Below, piece after piece: positions 1-7,840 of a DNA stretch of 36,586 bases. The stretch covers positions 1 through 36,586 of IMG/VR virus record IMGVR_UViG_3300045988_087733. The stretch is one strand, 5' to 3'. This DNA comes from a virus. The position numbers and the translations under genes were made by a program. The notes under the pieces were generated by a model. That model worked only from the letters and a program-made list of their open reading frames with translations, had not been told where the DNA came from and searched no databases. Each line of letters starts with the position of its first letter. Position 1 is the stretch's first letter.

Positions 1-32
1 ATATGCCCTCCTTTTAATAGTTATCTGTATAT

Positions 33-61
33 ATAATAGCATAAAAAAAACAGATTATCAA
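33..61 (-). promoter_or_regulatory. Putative minus-strand sigma70-type promoter (TTGATA-17 bp-TATTAT) reading across the left edge toward the HNH-like gene
   Basis: Reverse complement of TATCAA (56-61) and ATAATA (33-38) with a 17-bp spacer; followed on the minus strand by AAAAGGAGGGCATAT. Confidence 0.6.
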
Positions 62-74
62 GTAAAAAAGTTCA

Positions 75-86
75 ATTTTCTAAACA
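75..86 (-). promoter_or_regulatory. Operator-like box (AATTTTCTAAAC), inverse of the operator at 131-146
   Basis: 11/12 match to the reverse complement of GTTTAGAAAACT. Confidence 0.4.
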
Positions 87-94
87 AAAAGTGT

Positions 95-123
95 TGACAT
101 ATATTTATTTGTGTGTTATCATT
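95..123 (+). promoter_or_regulatory. Early rightward promoter TTGACA-17 bp-TATCAT
   Basis: Consensus -35 at 95-100 and 5/6 -10 at 118-123, upstream of the HTH gene. Confidence 0.75.
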
Positions 124-128
124 TAATT

Positions 129-152
129 AAGTTTAGAAAACTAAACTAAAAA
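129..152 (+). repeat. 24-bp direct repeat copy 1 (AAGTTTAGAAAACTAAACTAAAAA), containing a 7-bp inverted repeat; probable operator
   Basis: Exact copy at 387-410; AGTTTAG-AAAA-CTAAACT symmetry. Confidence 0.75.
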
Positions 153-165
153 TGGAGGTGTTATT

Positions 166-402
166 TTGGAAAAGAGAATAATATTTGATTATAGTTTGTT
201 AGAAGGTAAAATAAAGCAATTTTACGATACGCAAGAAAATTTTGCAAGTGCCATACCAATGAGCAGAAGTGCTTTAAATAACAAGTTAAATAACAGAACT
301 GATTTTTCTATAAGAAATATCAAAAGAATATCAGAATTGCTAGATATTTCACATGAGGAAATAGGAAATGTTTTTTTTAAAGTCAAAAGTTTAGAAAACT
401 AA
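166..402 (+). CDS. Small HTH regulator (Cro/DUF739-like)
   Basis: 78 aa; QENFASAIPMSRSALNNKLNNRTDFSIRNIKRISELLDI resembles an XRE/DUF739 HTH. Confidence 0.65.
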   Translation: MEKRIIFDYSLLEGKIKQFYDTQENFASAIPMSRSALNNKLNNRTDFSIRNIKRISELLDISHEEIGNVFFKVKSLEN

Positions 403-410
403 ACTAAAAA
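387..410 (+). repeat. 24-bp direct repeat copy 2, overlapping the stop codon of the HTH gene
   Basis: Identical to 129-152. Confidence 0.75.
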
Positions 411-459
411 GATAGATACTGGAATATCTATAAAATCTAGCACGAGAAAGGAAAATAAA

Positions 460-744
460 ATGGGAAAAAATAAAAAGAGACCTGTTAGTAATTATATAGA
501 ACAGGAACAAGTATTAAATAAACCTTGGTTAAGCACAGAAGATTTAAAAATTATATTACCACTAGGAACTAATGCAATAAATAATTTTAGAAAATCAATC
601 TGTGATGAAATGGATAAAAACAACGAGTTTTATTTCAAAACTAGGCCTATATTAGTTCCTACTAGAAAAGTAGTAGAGAAATTAAATATAGATGTTGCTT
701 TAATTAGAAGAGAAGCAAATAAGATGAGAAAGGCGGTGATGTAA
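460..744 (+). CDS. Hypothetical protein, possibly excisionase-like DNA-binding
   Basis: 94-aa ORF; ENKPWLSTEDLKIILPLG...IRREANKMR style; early position. Confidence 0.4.
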   Translation: MGKNKKRPVSNYIEQEQVLNKPWLSTEDLKIILPLGTNAINNFRKSICDEMDKNNEFYFKTRPILVPTRKVVEKLNIDVALIRREANKMRKAVM

Positions 745-888
745 ATGAAAACATTCTTAAATAGAAATAAAGGAATAATTATCTTTTATGGATTGTTAGT
801 GTTAATTACATTAGCAGTTACAAATGATGTTACAATACAAAAAATATCTGCTAGTAATAGTTCGGAAACACAACTAGCAGACAAATAA
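745..888 (+). CDS. Small single-pass membrane protein
   Basis: 47-aa ORF MKTFLNRNKGIIIFYGLLVLITLAVTNDVTIQKISASNSSETQLADK starting just after the previous stop; below the size cutoff of the supplied track. Confidence 0.45.
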   Translation: MKTFLNRNKGIIIFYGLLVLITLAVTNDVTIQKISASNSSETQLADK

Positions 889-991
889 CAAAAATAAAAA
901 GTTCGTGTTAACTTTTTACATACATAATTATAGCAAAAAGTATGGTTTTTGTCAAATTTGGGGTTTTGAGATTTGAGTAAAGGAGGATTAA

Positions 992-1819
992 ATGGCAATA
1001 TATCGCAATGTATCATTATCATTTTGGGAAGACAACAAAGTAGTAGATAACTTTACTTATAAAGATAAGTATTTTCTATTATATTTATTAACTAATCCTC
1101 ATACAAATCTGATTGGTTGCTATGAAGTTTCAATTAGACAGATGTCAAATGAACTTGAACTAGACAAAAGTGAGGTAGAGGAACTACTGACTAGGATGGA
1201 ACAGGTTCATAAAGTAATACTCTATGCGGAGGAAACGAAAGAGATACTTATAAAAAATTGGCACAAATATAATTGGACTAAAAGTGAAAAATTATTAAAA
1301 AAAGTAGAAAGTTTAATTCAATATATTAAGAGTGAAAAATTAAGAAAAGAATTAGAAAAAATATTAGAAAGGTATAGGGTATCGATAGGGTATCCATACC
1401 CTAGGTATACATCTGTATCTGTATCTGTTTCTGATTCTGATCTTAATATAAATAATAATATTAATATAAATAATTTAGATAATAGTACTAAACTAAATAA
1501 TTTAGATAATAAAGAAGAATTAATATTTAGTAATATATTTTCTACAATAGAAAAAAACTTCGGAAGAACTATAGCACCATTAGAATGTGATGTAATTAAA
1601 TCTTGGGTAGACAATAACATTTCAGAGGAACTGATTGTTTATGCTACACAGATAGCAGTTTGTAATAATGCTTGTTCGGTTAAATACATAGACCGAATAC
1701 TAGAAGATTGGCAAAGAAAAAAAATAACAACACTAGAGCAAGCAAAAAAAGAAAACGAAAAGTTTAAGAATAAAAAAGAATCAAAAACTGATGAAAGAGA
1801 GAAATGGGAAAATGAATAA
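992..1819 (+). CDS. Phage replication initiator / DnaD-domain-like replisome organizer
   Basis: 275 aa; MAIYRNVSLSFWEDNKVVDNFTYKDKYFLLYLLTNPHTNLIGCYEVS is typical of phage DnaD-type initiators; followed by a helicase-loader-like gene. Confidence 0.75.
   Translation: MAIYRNVSLSFWEDNKVVDNFTYKDKYFLLYLLTNPHTNLIGCYEVSIRQMSNELELDKSEVEELLTRMEQVHKVILYAEETKEILIKNWHKYNWTKSEKLLKKVESLIQYIKSEKLRKELEKILERYRVSIGYPYPRYTSVSVSVSDSDLNINNNININNLDNSTKLNNLDNKEELIFSNIFSTIEKNFGRTIAPLECDVIKSWVDNNISEELIVYATQIAVCNNACSVKYIDRILEDWQRKKITTLEQAKKENEKFKNKKESKTDEREKWENE
1375..1515. repeat. Candidate replication origin: TAGGGTAT iterons, TCTG(T/A)N hexamer array, AT-rich repeats
   Basis: TAGGGTAT at 1375-1382 and 1386-1393, inverted copy at 1396-1403; five hexamers at 1412-1441; 18-bp repeat TAAATAATTTAGATAATA at 1467-1484 and 1494-1511. 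Confidence 0.55.
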
Positions 1820-2099
1820 AAAACAATTTAGAGAAATAACAGAAATGTTAGAAGAAAATTACAACAAAAAAATGGATATCAGAATATTTAACTTGTGGTA
1901 TGAAGAATTAAAAGATTGTTCTGCTGGTGAGTACGAAAATATGGTTATAGAAGCTATTAAGACTAAAAAGTTTATGCCAACATTAGCAGAGATAAAAGAA
2001 TTGAAAAGACCTAGATGGTTTGAAATAGAAGTTAAAAAAGTTGAACTTGATCCAGAAGATAAAATAATGCTTGAAGAATTGTTAAAAGATTTTAAATAA
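1791..2099 (+). CDS. Replicative helicase loader/inhibitor-like protein (start may be at an internal ATG, MNKKQFREITEMLEENY)
   Basis: YNKKMDIRIFNLWYEELKDCSAGEYENMVIEAIKTKKFMPTLAEI resembles G39P/DUF-type helicase-loader N-termini. Confidence 0.55.
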   Translation: MKERNGKMNKKQFREITEMLEENYNKKMDIRIFNLWYEELKDCSAGEYENMVIEAIKTKKFMPTLAEIKELKRPRWFEIEVKKVELDPEDKIMLEELLKDFK

Positions 2100-2118
2100 A
2101 GAAGAGAGGTATGATAAA

Positions 2119-2457
2119 ATGAATAATTTAGTTTTAGTAGGTCGTTTAGTTAAAAGACCTGTATTAGAAGAAACAGAGAACGGTAGAAAGACTACAACAA
2201 TAGTCTTAGCAGTATCAAGAAACTTTAAAAATGATATTGGAGAATATGAAACAGATTTTATTCCAGTTAATTTAGTTGGACAAGTAGCAGAAAGTACTGT
2301 TGAATATTGTAAGCAAGGTGATGTAATTGGTGTTAAAGGCAGACTAGCAAGATTATCTGGAAATGATTTACAAGTAGTAGCAGAAAAAATAAGTTTTTTA
2401 TCATCAAGACCAAAAGATTATGATGAAGAAAACGATAGTCAAGTAATAGTTGATTAG
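2119..2457 (+). CDS. ssb: Single-stranded DNA-binding protein (copy 1, short)
   Basis: 112 aa OB-fold SSB: MNNLVLVGRLVKRPVLEETENGRKTTTIVLAVSR. Confidence 0.85.
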   Translation: MNNLVLVGRLVKRPVLEETENGRKTTTIVLAVSRNFKNDIGEYETDFIPVNLVGQVAESTVEYCKQGDVIGVKGRLARLSGNDLQVVAEKISFLSSRPKDYDEENDSQVIVD

Positions 2458-2483
2458 TAAAAAAGTAAAGCGAGGTAGAAAGA

Positions 2484-3332
2484 ATGAAAGAAGAAATGCA
2501 AATAGCAGTAGTAGAACAATTACCAAAAATAACTGAAAAAATTAAAGAAGTTGGAGCAGAATTAGATAAAAGACTTGAAGATCTAAACTTAAATTCATTA
2601 GTCTGCAGTGAAGAGACAAGAAAGTCTATCAAAGAACTAAGAACTAAATTAGGGGCAGAACTTAAAGATTTTGAAAGACAAAGAAAAGACATAAAAGAAA
2701 AAATCAATGCACCTTATGATTTATTTAATAAAACTTATGAGGCAGAAATAAAGTCAAAATATCAACAAGCAGATTTAACATTAAAGACTAAAATTGATGA
2801 AGTGGAGGATAGTTTAAAAGAAAAGGCTAAAAAATTAGCAATTGATTATTTTAACGAATATAAAGCTTCCAAGACAGTTATCAAAGATAATTACTTATCA
2901 TTTGAAGAACTTAACTTACAAATTGGTTTAGATGGTTTAACTGATAAAGGAGCACTGGTAAAAAAATACAAAGATGCAATTATTGAAAAAGTAGACAATG
3001 TCGAAAGAGACATTGAAACAATAAACACTATGGAACATAATAGTGAAATACTTGTTGAATATCTAAAAAATAAAAACTTGTCTTTGGCTATCAAAGAAGT
3101 AAATGATAGATATGTAATATTAAATCAAGTACAAAAAGATTACGAAATAGTACAAGAGAAACAAAAGCAAGAAGAAAAAGTTATTGAAAAGGTAGAAAAA
3201 GAACTATCAGTACCAAATGAGGAAGAAAAGTTATATACTATAAAATTTAAAGTAACTTCAACAAGAGAAAACCTATCATTTTTAGTTAATGTAATGAGGG
3301 AAAGAGGTATAGAGTATGAACAATTCAAATAA
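2484..3332 (+). CDS. DUF1351 family protein
   Basis: 282 aa coiled-coil protein directly upstream of Bet/RecT, as in many Firmicutes phages; NKEIKAPYDLF-type motif. Confidence 0.7.
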   Translation: MKEEMQIAVVEQLPKITEKIKEVGAELDKRLEDLNLNSLVCSEETRKSIKELRTKLGAELKDFERQRKDIKEKINAPYDLFNKTYEAEIKSKYQQADLTLKTKIDEVEDSLKEKAKKLAIDYFNEYKASKTVIKDNYLSFEELNLQIGLDGLTDKGALVKKYKDAIIEKVDNVERDIETINTMEHNSEILVEYLKNKNLSLAIKEVNDRYVILNQVQKDYEIVQEKQKQEEKVIEKVEKELSVPNEEEKLYTIKFKVTSTRENLSFLVNVMRERGIEYEQFK

Positions 3333-4005
3333 TGAAATAGTCGTAAAATACGAAGTAGAGGGACAAGAAATAAAACTTACACCTACAATAGTACAACAAT
3401 ACATAGTAGGTACGGATGCAAAAATAACTTTACCAGAGTTTAAAATGTTTACTGAACTTTGCAAAGTAAGAAAATTAAATCCATTTTTAAGAGAAGCTTA
3501 TTTAATTAAATATTCTAATAAGCAATCAGCTAGTATCGTGGTAGGTAAAGATGCAATTTTAAAAAGAGCAGTTCTTAACGACCAATACGATGGTATGAAG
3601 TCAGGAATAATTATACTAACTAAATCTGGTGAAGAAAAAGAAAGAAAAGGAACATTTAAACTACCTAATGAAACATTAGTTGGTGGTTGGGCTGAAGTGT
3701 TCAGAAAAGATTGGAAAAATTCAATTTATTGTAGTGTTGCTTTAGAGGAAGTTATCCAAAAAAAGAGTGATGGTACTCCTAATGCAAATTGGACTAAGCA
3801 ACCTGCTACTATGATTGAAAAAGTAGCCAAAGTAAGAGCATTAAGAGAAGCTTTTGTAGAAGATTTAGCAGGTATGTATGAAGCAGAAGAAATGAATGTT
3901 GATTTACCTGAGATAAAAGAAGAACCAATAATTAATCAGGAAGAAGTAGTTGATGCTGAATATGAAGAAGTATCAGCCGAAGAAGTAGATATGAATGAAC
4001 TATAA
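3316..4005 (+). CDS. bet: Bet/RecT-type single-strand annealing recombinase
   Basis: 229 aa; FKMFTELCKVRKLNPFLREAYLIKY...MIEKVAKVRALREAFVEDLAGMYEAEEM is characteristic of phage Bet proteins. Confidence 0.88.
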   Translation: MNNSNNEIVVKYEVEGQEIKLTPTIVQQYIVGTDAKITLPEFKMFTELCKVRKLNPFLREAYLIKYSNKQSASIVVGKDAILKRAVLNDQYDGMKSGIIILTKSGEEKERKGTFKLPNETLVGGWAEVFRKDWKNSIYCSVALEEVIQKKSDGTPNANWTKQPATMIEKVAKVRALREAFVEDLAGMYEAEEMNVDLPEIKEEPIINQEEVVDAEYEEVSAEEVDMNEL

Positions 4006-4648
4006 GATTATTAATACTGGTTCGGATGGAAATGCTACAGTGTTAGAAGGTATTATTTTAATTGATTGTGGAGTGTCTTTTAAAAAGTTAAATGAATGTT
4101 ATAAGCAACTTAAAATAGTCCTTCTCACTCACATTCATCAAGATCACTTTAATAAAAAAACTATATCTAAATTAGCAATAGAAAGACCAACATTAAGATT
4201 TGCATGCTGTAAGTGGTTAGTAGAAGATTTAGTTAAATGTGGAGTGAATAAAAAAAATATTGATGTAGTAGAAATTGGAAAGAAATATAATTATGGAATA
4301 TTAAAAATAATGCCAATTAAGTTATATCACGATGTACCTAATTGTGGATACAGAGTATTTATCAATGATAAAAAAATAATTTATATGACTGATACTAAAA
4401 CATTAGAAGGTATTACTGCAAAAAACTATGATTTGTACCTAGTTGAAGGTAATTATGAAAATAAGGAAGAATTACATAGTAGAGCAGTAAATGAAATATA
4501 TGAAAGTAGAGTTATTAATACTCATTTATCAAAAGAATATACATCTGAATGGTTAATGAATAATATGGGAAATAATTCAGAATATATATTTATGCACGAG
4601 CATAAGGAAAGGAATAAGAATGAAATTAGGGCAGGAAAAGATAGATAA
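3995..4648 (+). CDS. MBL-fold metallohydrolase
   Basis: 217 aa; LLTHIHQDH metal-binding motif, IYMTDT. Confidence 0.85.
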   Translation: MNYKIINTGSDGNATVLEGIILIDCGVSFKKLNECYKQLKIVLLTHIHQDHFNKKTISKLAIERPTLRFACCKWLVEDLVKCGVNKKNIDVVEIGKKYNYGILKIMPIKLYHDVPNCGYRVFINDKKIIYMTDTKTLEGITAKNYDLYLVEGNYENKEELHSRAVNEIYESRVINTHLSKEYTSEWLMNNMGNNSEYIFMHEHKERNKNEIRAGKDR

Positions 4649-4844
4649 GATAGAGGAAATAACACTTACTGACTATGAATCGGTAGATGGCTTTGTTTCA
4701 ATTGAAAGTGCAGAATGTATTATTGATGACTTACTTACTGAAATTAGTAGTTTAAAAAAAGCACTTAAAAGGAAGAAAATTGTTTGTGAGCCTGACTACG
4801 ATGAAATAGGAAAAGACATAAGATTTGGTCTGTATGAACAATAA
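4620..4844 (+). CDS. Hypothetical protein
   Basis: 74-aa ORF overlapping neighbours by short spans. Confidence 0.45.
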   Translation: MKLGQEKIDKIEEITLTDYESVDGFVSIESAECIIDDLLTEISSLKKALKRKKIVCEPDYDEIGKDIRFGLYEQ

Positions 4845-5037
4845 AGAAATAATAAAAAAATCGGATGAAATAGCTAAATATAAACATATGTGTAGATGCG
4901 GTCATTCAGTTGTTATTTATCCTTTTGAAAAAAGAATTAAAAAATTATGTAGTTGGTGTGGAGAATATGTTTACATCAATGCAAGGGAAGAATTTAAAGA
5001 TAAATTAATGAAATTATTAGGAGGAATTAAAAAATGA
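4825..5037 (+). CDS. Small zinc-ribbon-like protein
   Basis: CRCGHSVVIYPFEKRIKKLCSWCG, four Cys in CxC/CxxC arrangement. Confidence 0.5.
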   Translation: MVCMNNKEIIKKSDEIAKYKHMCRCGHSVVIYPFEKRIKKLCSWCGEYVYINAREEFKDKLMKLLGGIKK

Positions 5038-5504
5038 ACAAGGCAATATTAGTTGGAAGATTAACTAAAGATCCTGAACTTAAAATGACAGAAAACACAA
5101 AAAGAGAAGTATGCCAATTTACTATAGCGGTAAATAGACCATATACAAATGAAGATGGTGAAAGAAAGGCAGATTTTATTAATTGTGTAGTATGGGACAA
5201 GCTAGCGGAGAATCTTTCTAAATATCAAAAGAAAGGTAATCAAGTAGCAGTAGAGGGAAGAATACAAACAAGAAATTATGAAGATAAAGATGGTAAAAAG
5301 ATTTATGTTACTGAAATATTTGTATCAAATGTTACTTTCCTTGATAGTAAAGGTAGTAATGATAGCGTAAACAATCTAGAAGAGCCACCAGTAAAACCTG
5401 GCTCAATAACTACTGAACAAATTGATAGTATGCCTACAGCAAACGATCCATTTGCTAGCTTCGGAAACGAAGTACAAATTAATGATGATGATTTACCATT
5501 TTAG
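5034..5504 (+). CDS. ssb: Single-stranded DNA-binding protein (copy 2, full length)
   Basis: 156 aa; MNKAILVGRLTKDPELKMTENTKREVCQFTIAVNRPY..., acidic C-terminal DDDLPF tip. Confidence 0.95.
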   Translation: MNKAILVGRLTKDPELKMTENTKREVCQFTIAVNRPYTNEDGERKADFINCVVWDKLAENLSKYQKKGNQVAVEGRIQTRNYEDKDGKKIYVTEIFVSNVTFLDSKGSNDSVNNLEEPPVKPGSITTEQIDSMPTANDPFASFGNEVQINDDDLPF

Positions 5505-5510
5505 GAGGTT

Positions 5511-5972
5511 TTGAAAATGAAATTAAAAAAAGAAAAGAAAATAAGAAAATTATTAGGAAACCAATTTCATTTGTGTGTTGATAATTATGGAAATTGGAAG
5601 TTGTTTAGAAAATATGACAATTCAAAACTTTATTTCAGCGCAGAAAACATTGACATAATGAATTCAAATAACAATTCTGAAAAAGAATTACTTAGGTTTG
5701 CCAAGAAAAATAGAAGATATGATGCTGATAAAGTAATTTTTAACACTACATTAACTATAGTATGGTTAAATGTTATATTAGCAAGTGTCAATATATTTAT
5801 TAATTCAGAGGTTATTAGAGGATTTATTCTTGGTATAGACTTTTTGGCATTATGGCAAAGTCTAATAAAAATGGTGGTTAGTAATCATAATTTAAAATGT
5901 AAAACTAAAGCTTTGAAAGAAAAAATAGAGTTAACAAAAAGAATTGCAGATAATGATAGAAGACACTTGTAA
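5511..5972 (+). CDS. Hypothetical membrane protein
   Basis: 153 aa with hydrophobic segments TIVWLNVILASVNIFI and GFILGIDFLALW. Confidence 0.55.
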   Translation: MKMKLKKEKKIRKLLGNQFHLCVDNYGNWKLFRKYDNSKLYFSAENIDIMNSNNNSEKELLRFAKKNRRYDADKVIFNTTLTIVWLNVILASVNIFINSEVIRGFILGIDFLALWQSLIKMVVSNHNLKCKTKALKEKIELTKRIADNDRRHL

Positions 5973-6411
5973 GATAGACAAAATACTACCATTATTATTT
6001 AGATTAGACAAGGATACTATTTATGATGTAAAAATAACTAAACATAGAGAAAAAAGAAGTTTAAATGCAAATAGTTATTTATGGAAACTTGTTACTGAAA
6101 TAGGTAATGCATTGAGTAAATCAAAAGAGGAAGTATACTTGCAAATGTTAATAGATTATGGGCAATCTGAAATGGTAAGTATACTATCTGAAATAGATGT
6201 TAAAGGCTACTTTAAATACTATAAATTGGCTGGAACTAGCATCTTAAATGGTAAAGAGTTTAACCATTATAAAATTTACAAAGGTAGTAGTGAGTATGAC
6301 ACCAAAGAAATGAGTATTCTCTTAAATGGTGTAGTACAAGAAGCTAAAAATTTAGGAATAAAAACTAAAGATGATATTGAATTAGAGAGATTATTAGAGG
6401 AGTGGTGTTAA
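5944..6411 (+). CDS. NinB/YqaN-like recombination-associated protein
   Basis: KRSLNANSYLWKLVTEIGNAL resembles the conserved RSL(D/N)xNxxLW core of NinB-like proteins. Confidence 0.45.
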   Translation: MQIMIEDTCKIDKILPLLFRLDKDTIYDVKITKHREKRSLNANSYLWKLVTEIGNALSKSKEEVYLQMLIDYGQSEMVSILSEIDVKGYFKYYKLAGTSILNGKEFNHYKIYKGSSEYDTKEMSILLNGVVQEAKNLGIKTKDDIELERLLEEWC

Positions 6412-6557
6412 TGAGGGATTACAGTGTTATTATAAAAAAAACATTAAAATATTTATCAATGCTAAAAAATGGTAAGCAAATTAAAACTGCTCCTCAACTT
6501 TTAGATTTAAAGGAAACAATGGAAAAATTAGAGGAACTATTGTATGAAAAGAAATAG
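6411..6557 (+). CDS. Small hypothetical protein
   Basis: 48-aa ORF MRDYSVIIKKTLKYLSMLKNGKQIKTAPQLLDLKETMEKLEELLYEKK, ATG overlaps upstream stop region; coupled. Confidence 0.45.
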   Translation: MRDYSVIIKKTLKYLSMLKNGKQIKTAPQLLDLKETMEKLEELLYEKK

Positions 6558-7065
6558 TCAGTATGCTTTATACAAAGGAGAAAAACTTGTTGGAATCGGA
6601 ACAAAAAAAGAATTAGCAAAACTACTAAAAGTAAGAGTTGAAACAATAACTTTTTATACAACACCAACGCACAGAAAAAGATGTAAAAATGGTTATTGTG
6701 TAGTGAAAATAGAGGAGGAAAAAATGAAAGGGGAAATATTAGATATTGAAACTGCTCAAGAGTTAGCAGAAAATAAAAAAGAAATAGAAAGACTAAAAAG
6801 AGATAAAAACTTTGCAGAAGAAAGACTAAAAATACTTCAAAGAAAATATGACAAGATGGAACAGAGAAATACCTTCCTTGAAAGCAGAAATAAAATATTA
6901 GAACTAGTTGAATCATACTTGCCACATAGGATAAATGCAATATCTAACATGAAAGATGCTAGATATGATTATGCGATACTAGAACTAAAGAAATTATCTG
7001 ATGCATTGGATATGGAAAAGGAAAAATTAGAGAATAAAGGGGATGGAGAAGATGAACGAGAGTGA
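6544..7065 (+). CDS. Hypothetical phage protein, coiled-coil C-terminus
   Basis: YALYKGEKLVGIGTKKELAKLLKVRVETITFYTTPTHRKR N-terminus common in Firmicutes phages. Confidence 0.6.
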   Translation: MKRNSQYALYKGEKLVGIGTKKELAKLLKVRVETITFYTTPTHRKRCKNGYCVVKIEEEKMKGEILDIETAQELAENKKEIERLKRDKNFAEERLKILQRKYDKMEQRNTFLESRNKILELVESYLPHRINAISNMKDARYDYAILELKKLSDALDMEKEKLENKGDGEDERE

Positions 7066-7282
7066 GTTCAAATTACAATTTTACTTCAATCTCTATAAAG
7101 ATAAATCAATGATTAATTCAAGTATGTTTAGAGCAAAGTTTAAAAAAATACATGGTGATTTTAAGTATTTGGACAAGCTAGTTGTAGCAATAGAAAACTA
7201 CCAAATAAAAAAGTATGGTTGCACTTTAGGAAATGGATCTATGGATAAAAATAGTAGACCAGAGAGGATTAGAAAATTATGA
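7043..7282 (+). CDS. Hypothetical protein
   Basis: 79 aa ORF in operon context. Confidence 0.45.
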   Translation: MEKMNESEFKLQFYFNLYKDKSMINSSMFRAKFKKIHGDFKYLDKLVVAIENYQIKKYGCTLGNGSMDKNSRPERIRKL

Positions 7283-7512
7283 GACCAAATGAATTAACTG
7301 AAAAAGAAATAAAAAAATTACAAAAAAAATTTCCAAAAATTAAGAAAAGGATACCAAAAAAAAGATTAAATAAAGAAGAAATACAATACAGACAAGCACA
7401 AAGAAAAGCAAAGTGCGAAAATGTGTGCATATTTCTAATAACTATATTCTTTTTAGGAATGGCTATGGCAAGCATATTAGTTCTTTACTTGATGTGGACT
7501 TATAAGTGGTAA
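7279..7512 (+). CDS. Small membrane protein with basic N-terminus
   Basis: 77 aa; one strong TM (VCIFLITIFFLGMAMASILVLYLMW). Confidence 0.5.
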   Translation: MRPNELTEKEIKKLQKKFPKIKKRIPKKRLNKEEIQYRQAQRKAKCENVCIFLITIFFLGMAMASILVLYLMWTYKW

Positions 7513-7525
7513 GGAGGAAGAATAA

Positions 7526-7840
7526 ATGGATAATGATACATTAGCAGATTATTGGAGAGATGTAAGTCCAATATTAAAACAACAAGCACAAGAAAAAAGA
7601 GAAAATTGTTTTAATGATAGATTAGAATATGCTAAAAAACAATTTGAGGAAAACGATATCCCTTATAAGTTATGTAATGAAACTATAGGACATTTTAATT
7701 TATTAGATAGCAAAGGAAAAGTATTAATGAGTTTTTGGAGTTATACAGGTAAATTATACATTCCAAGCACTGGATTTAGCGAAAATGTTGGAATTAGAGG
7801 CTGTATAAAAAGATATAAAAAGATGGTAGGTGATAAATAA
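7526..7840 (+). CDS. Hypothetical protein
   Basis: 104 aa; NETIGHFNLLDSKGKVLMSFWSYTGKLYIPSTGFSENVGIRGCIKRYK. Confidence 0.55.
   Translation: MDNDTLADYWRDVSPILKQQAQEKRENCFNDRLEYAKKQFEENDIPYKLCNETIGHFNLLDSKGKVLMSFWSYTGKLYIPSTGFSENVGIRGCIKRYKKMVGDK

Noticed and set aside
904-991. Possible extra promoter or regulatory site before the initiator gene
   Set aside because: AT-rich with several weak -35/-10-like hexamers but none with convincing spacing and match.
786-1022. Minus-strand ORF of 78 aa
   Set aside because: Overlaps a plausible plus-strand ORF (745-888) and the initiator start, with no SD or family resemblance; probably a chance ORF in AT-rich DNA.
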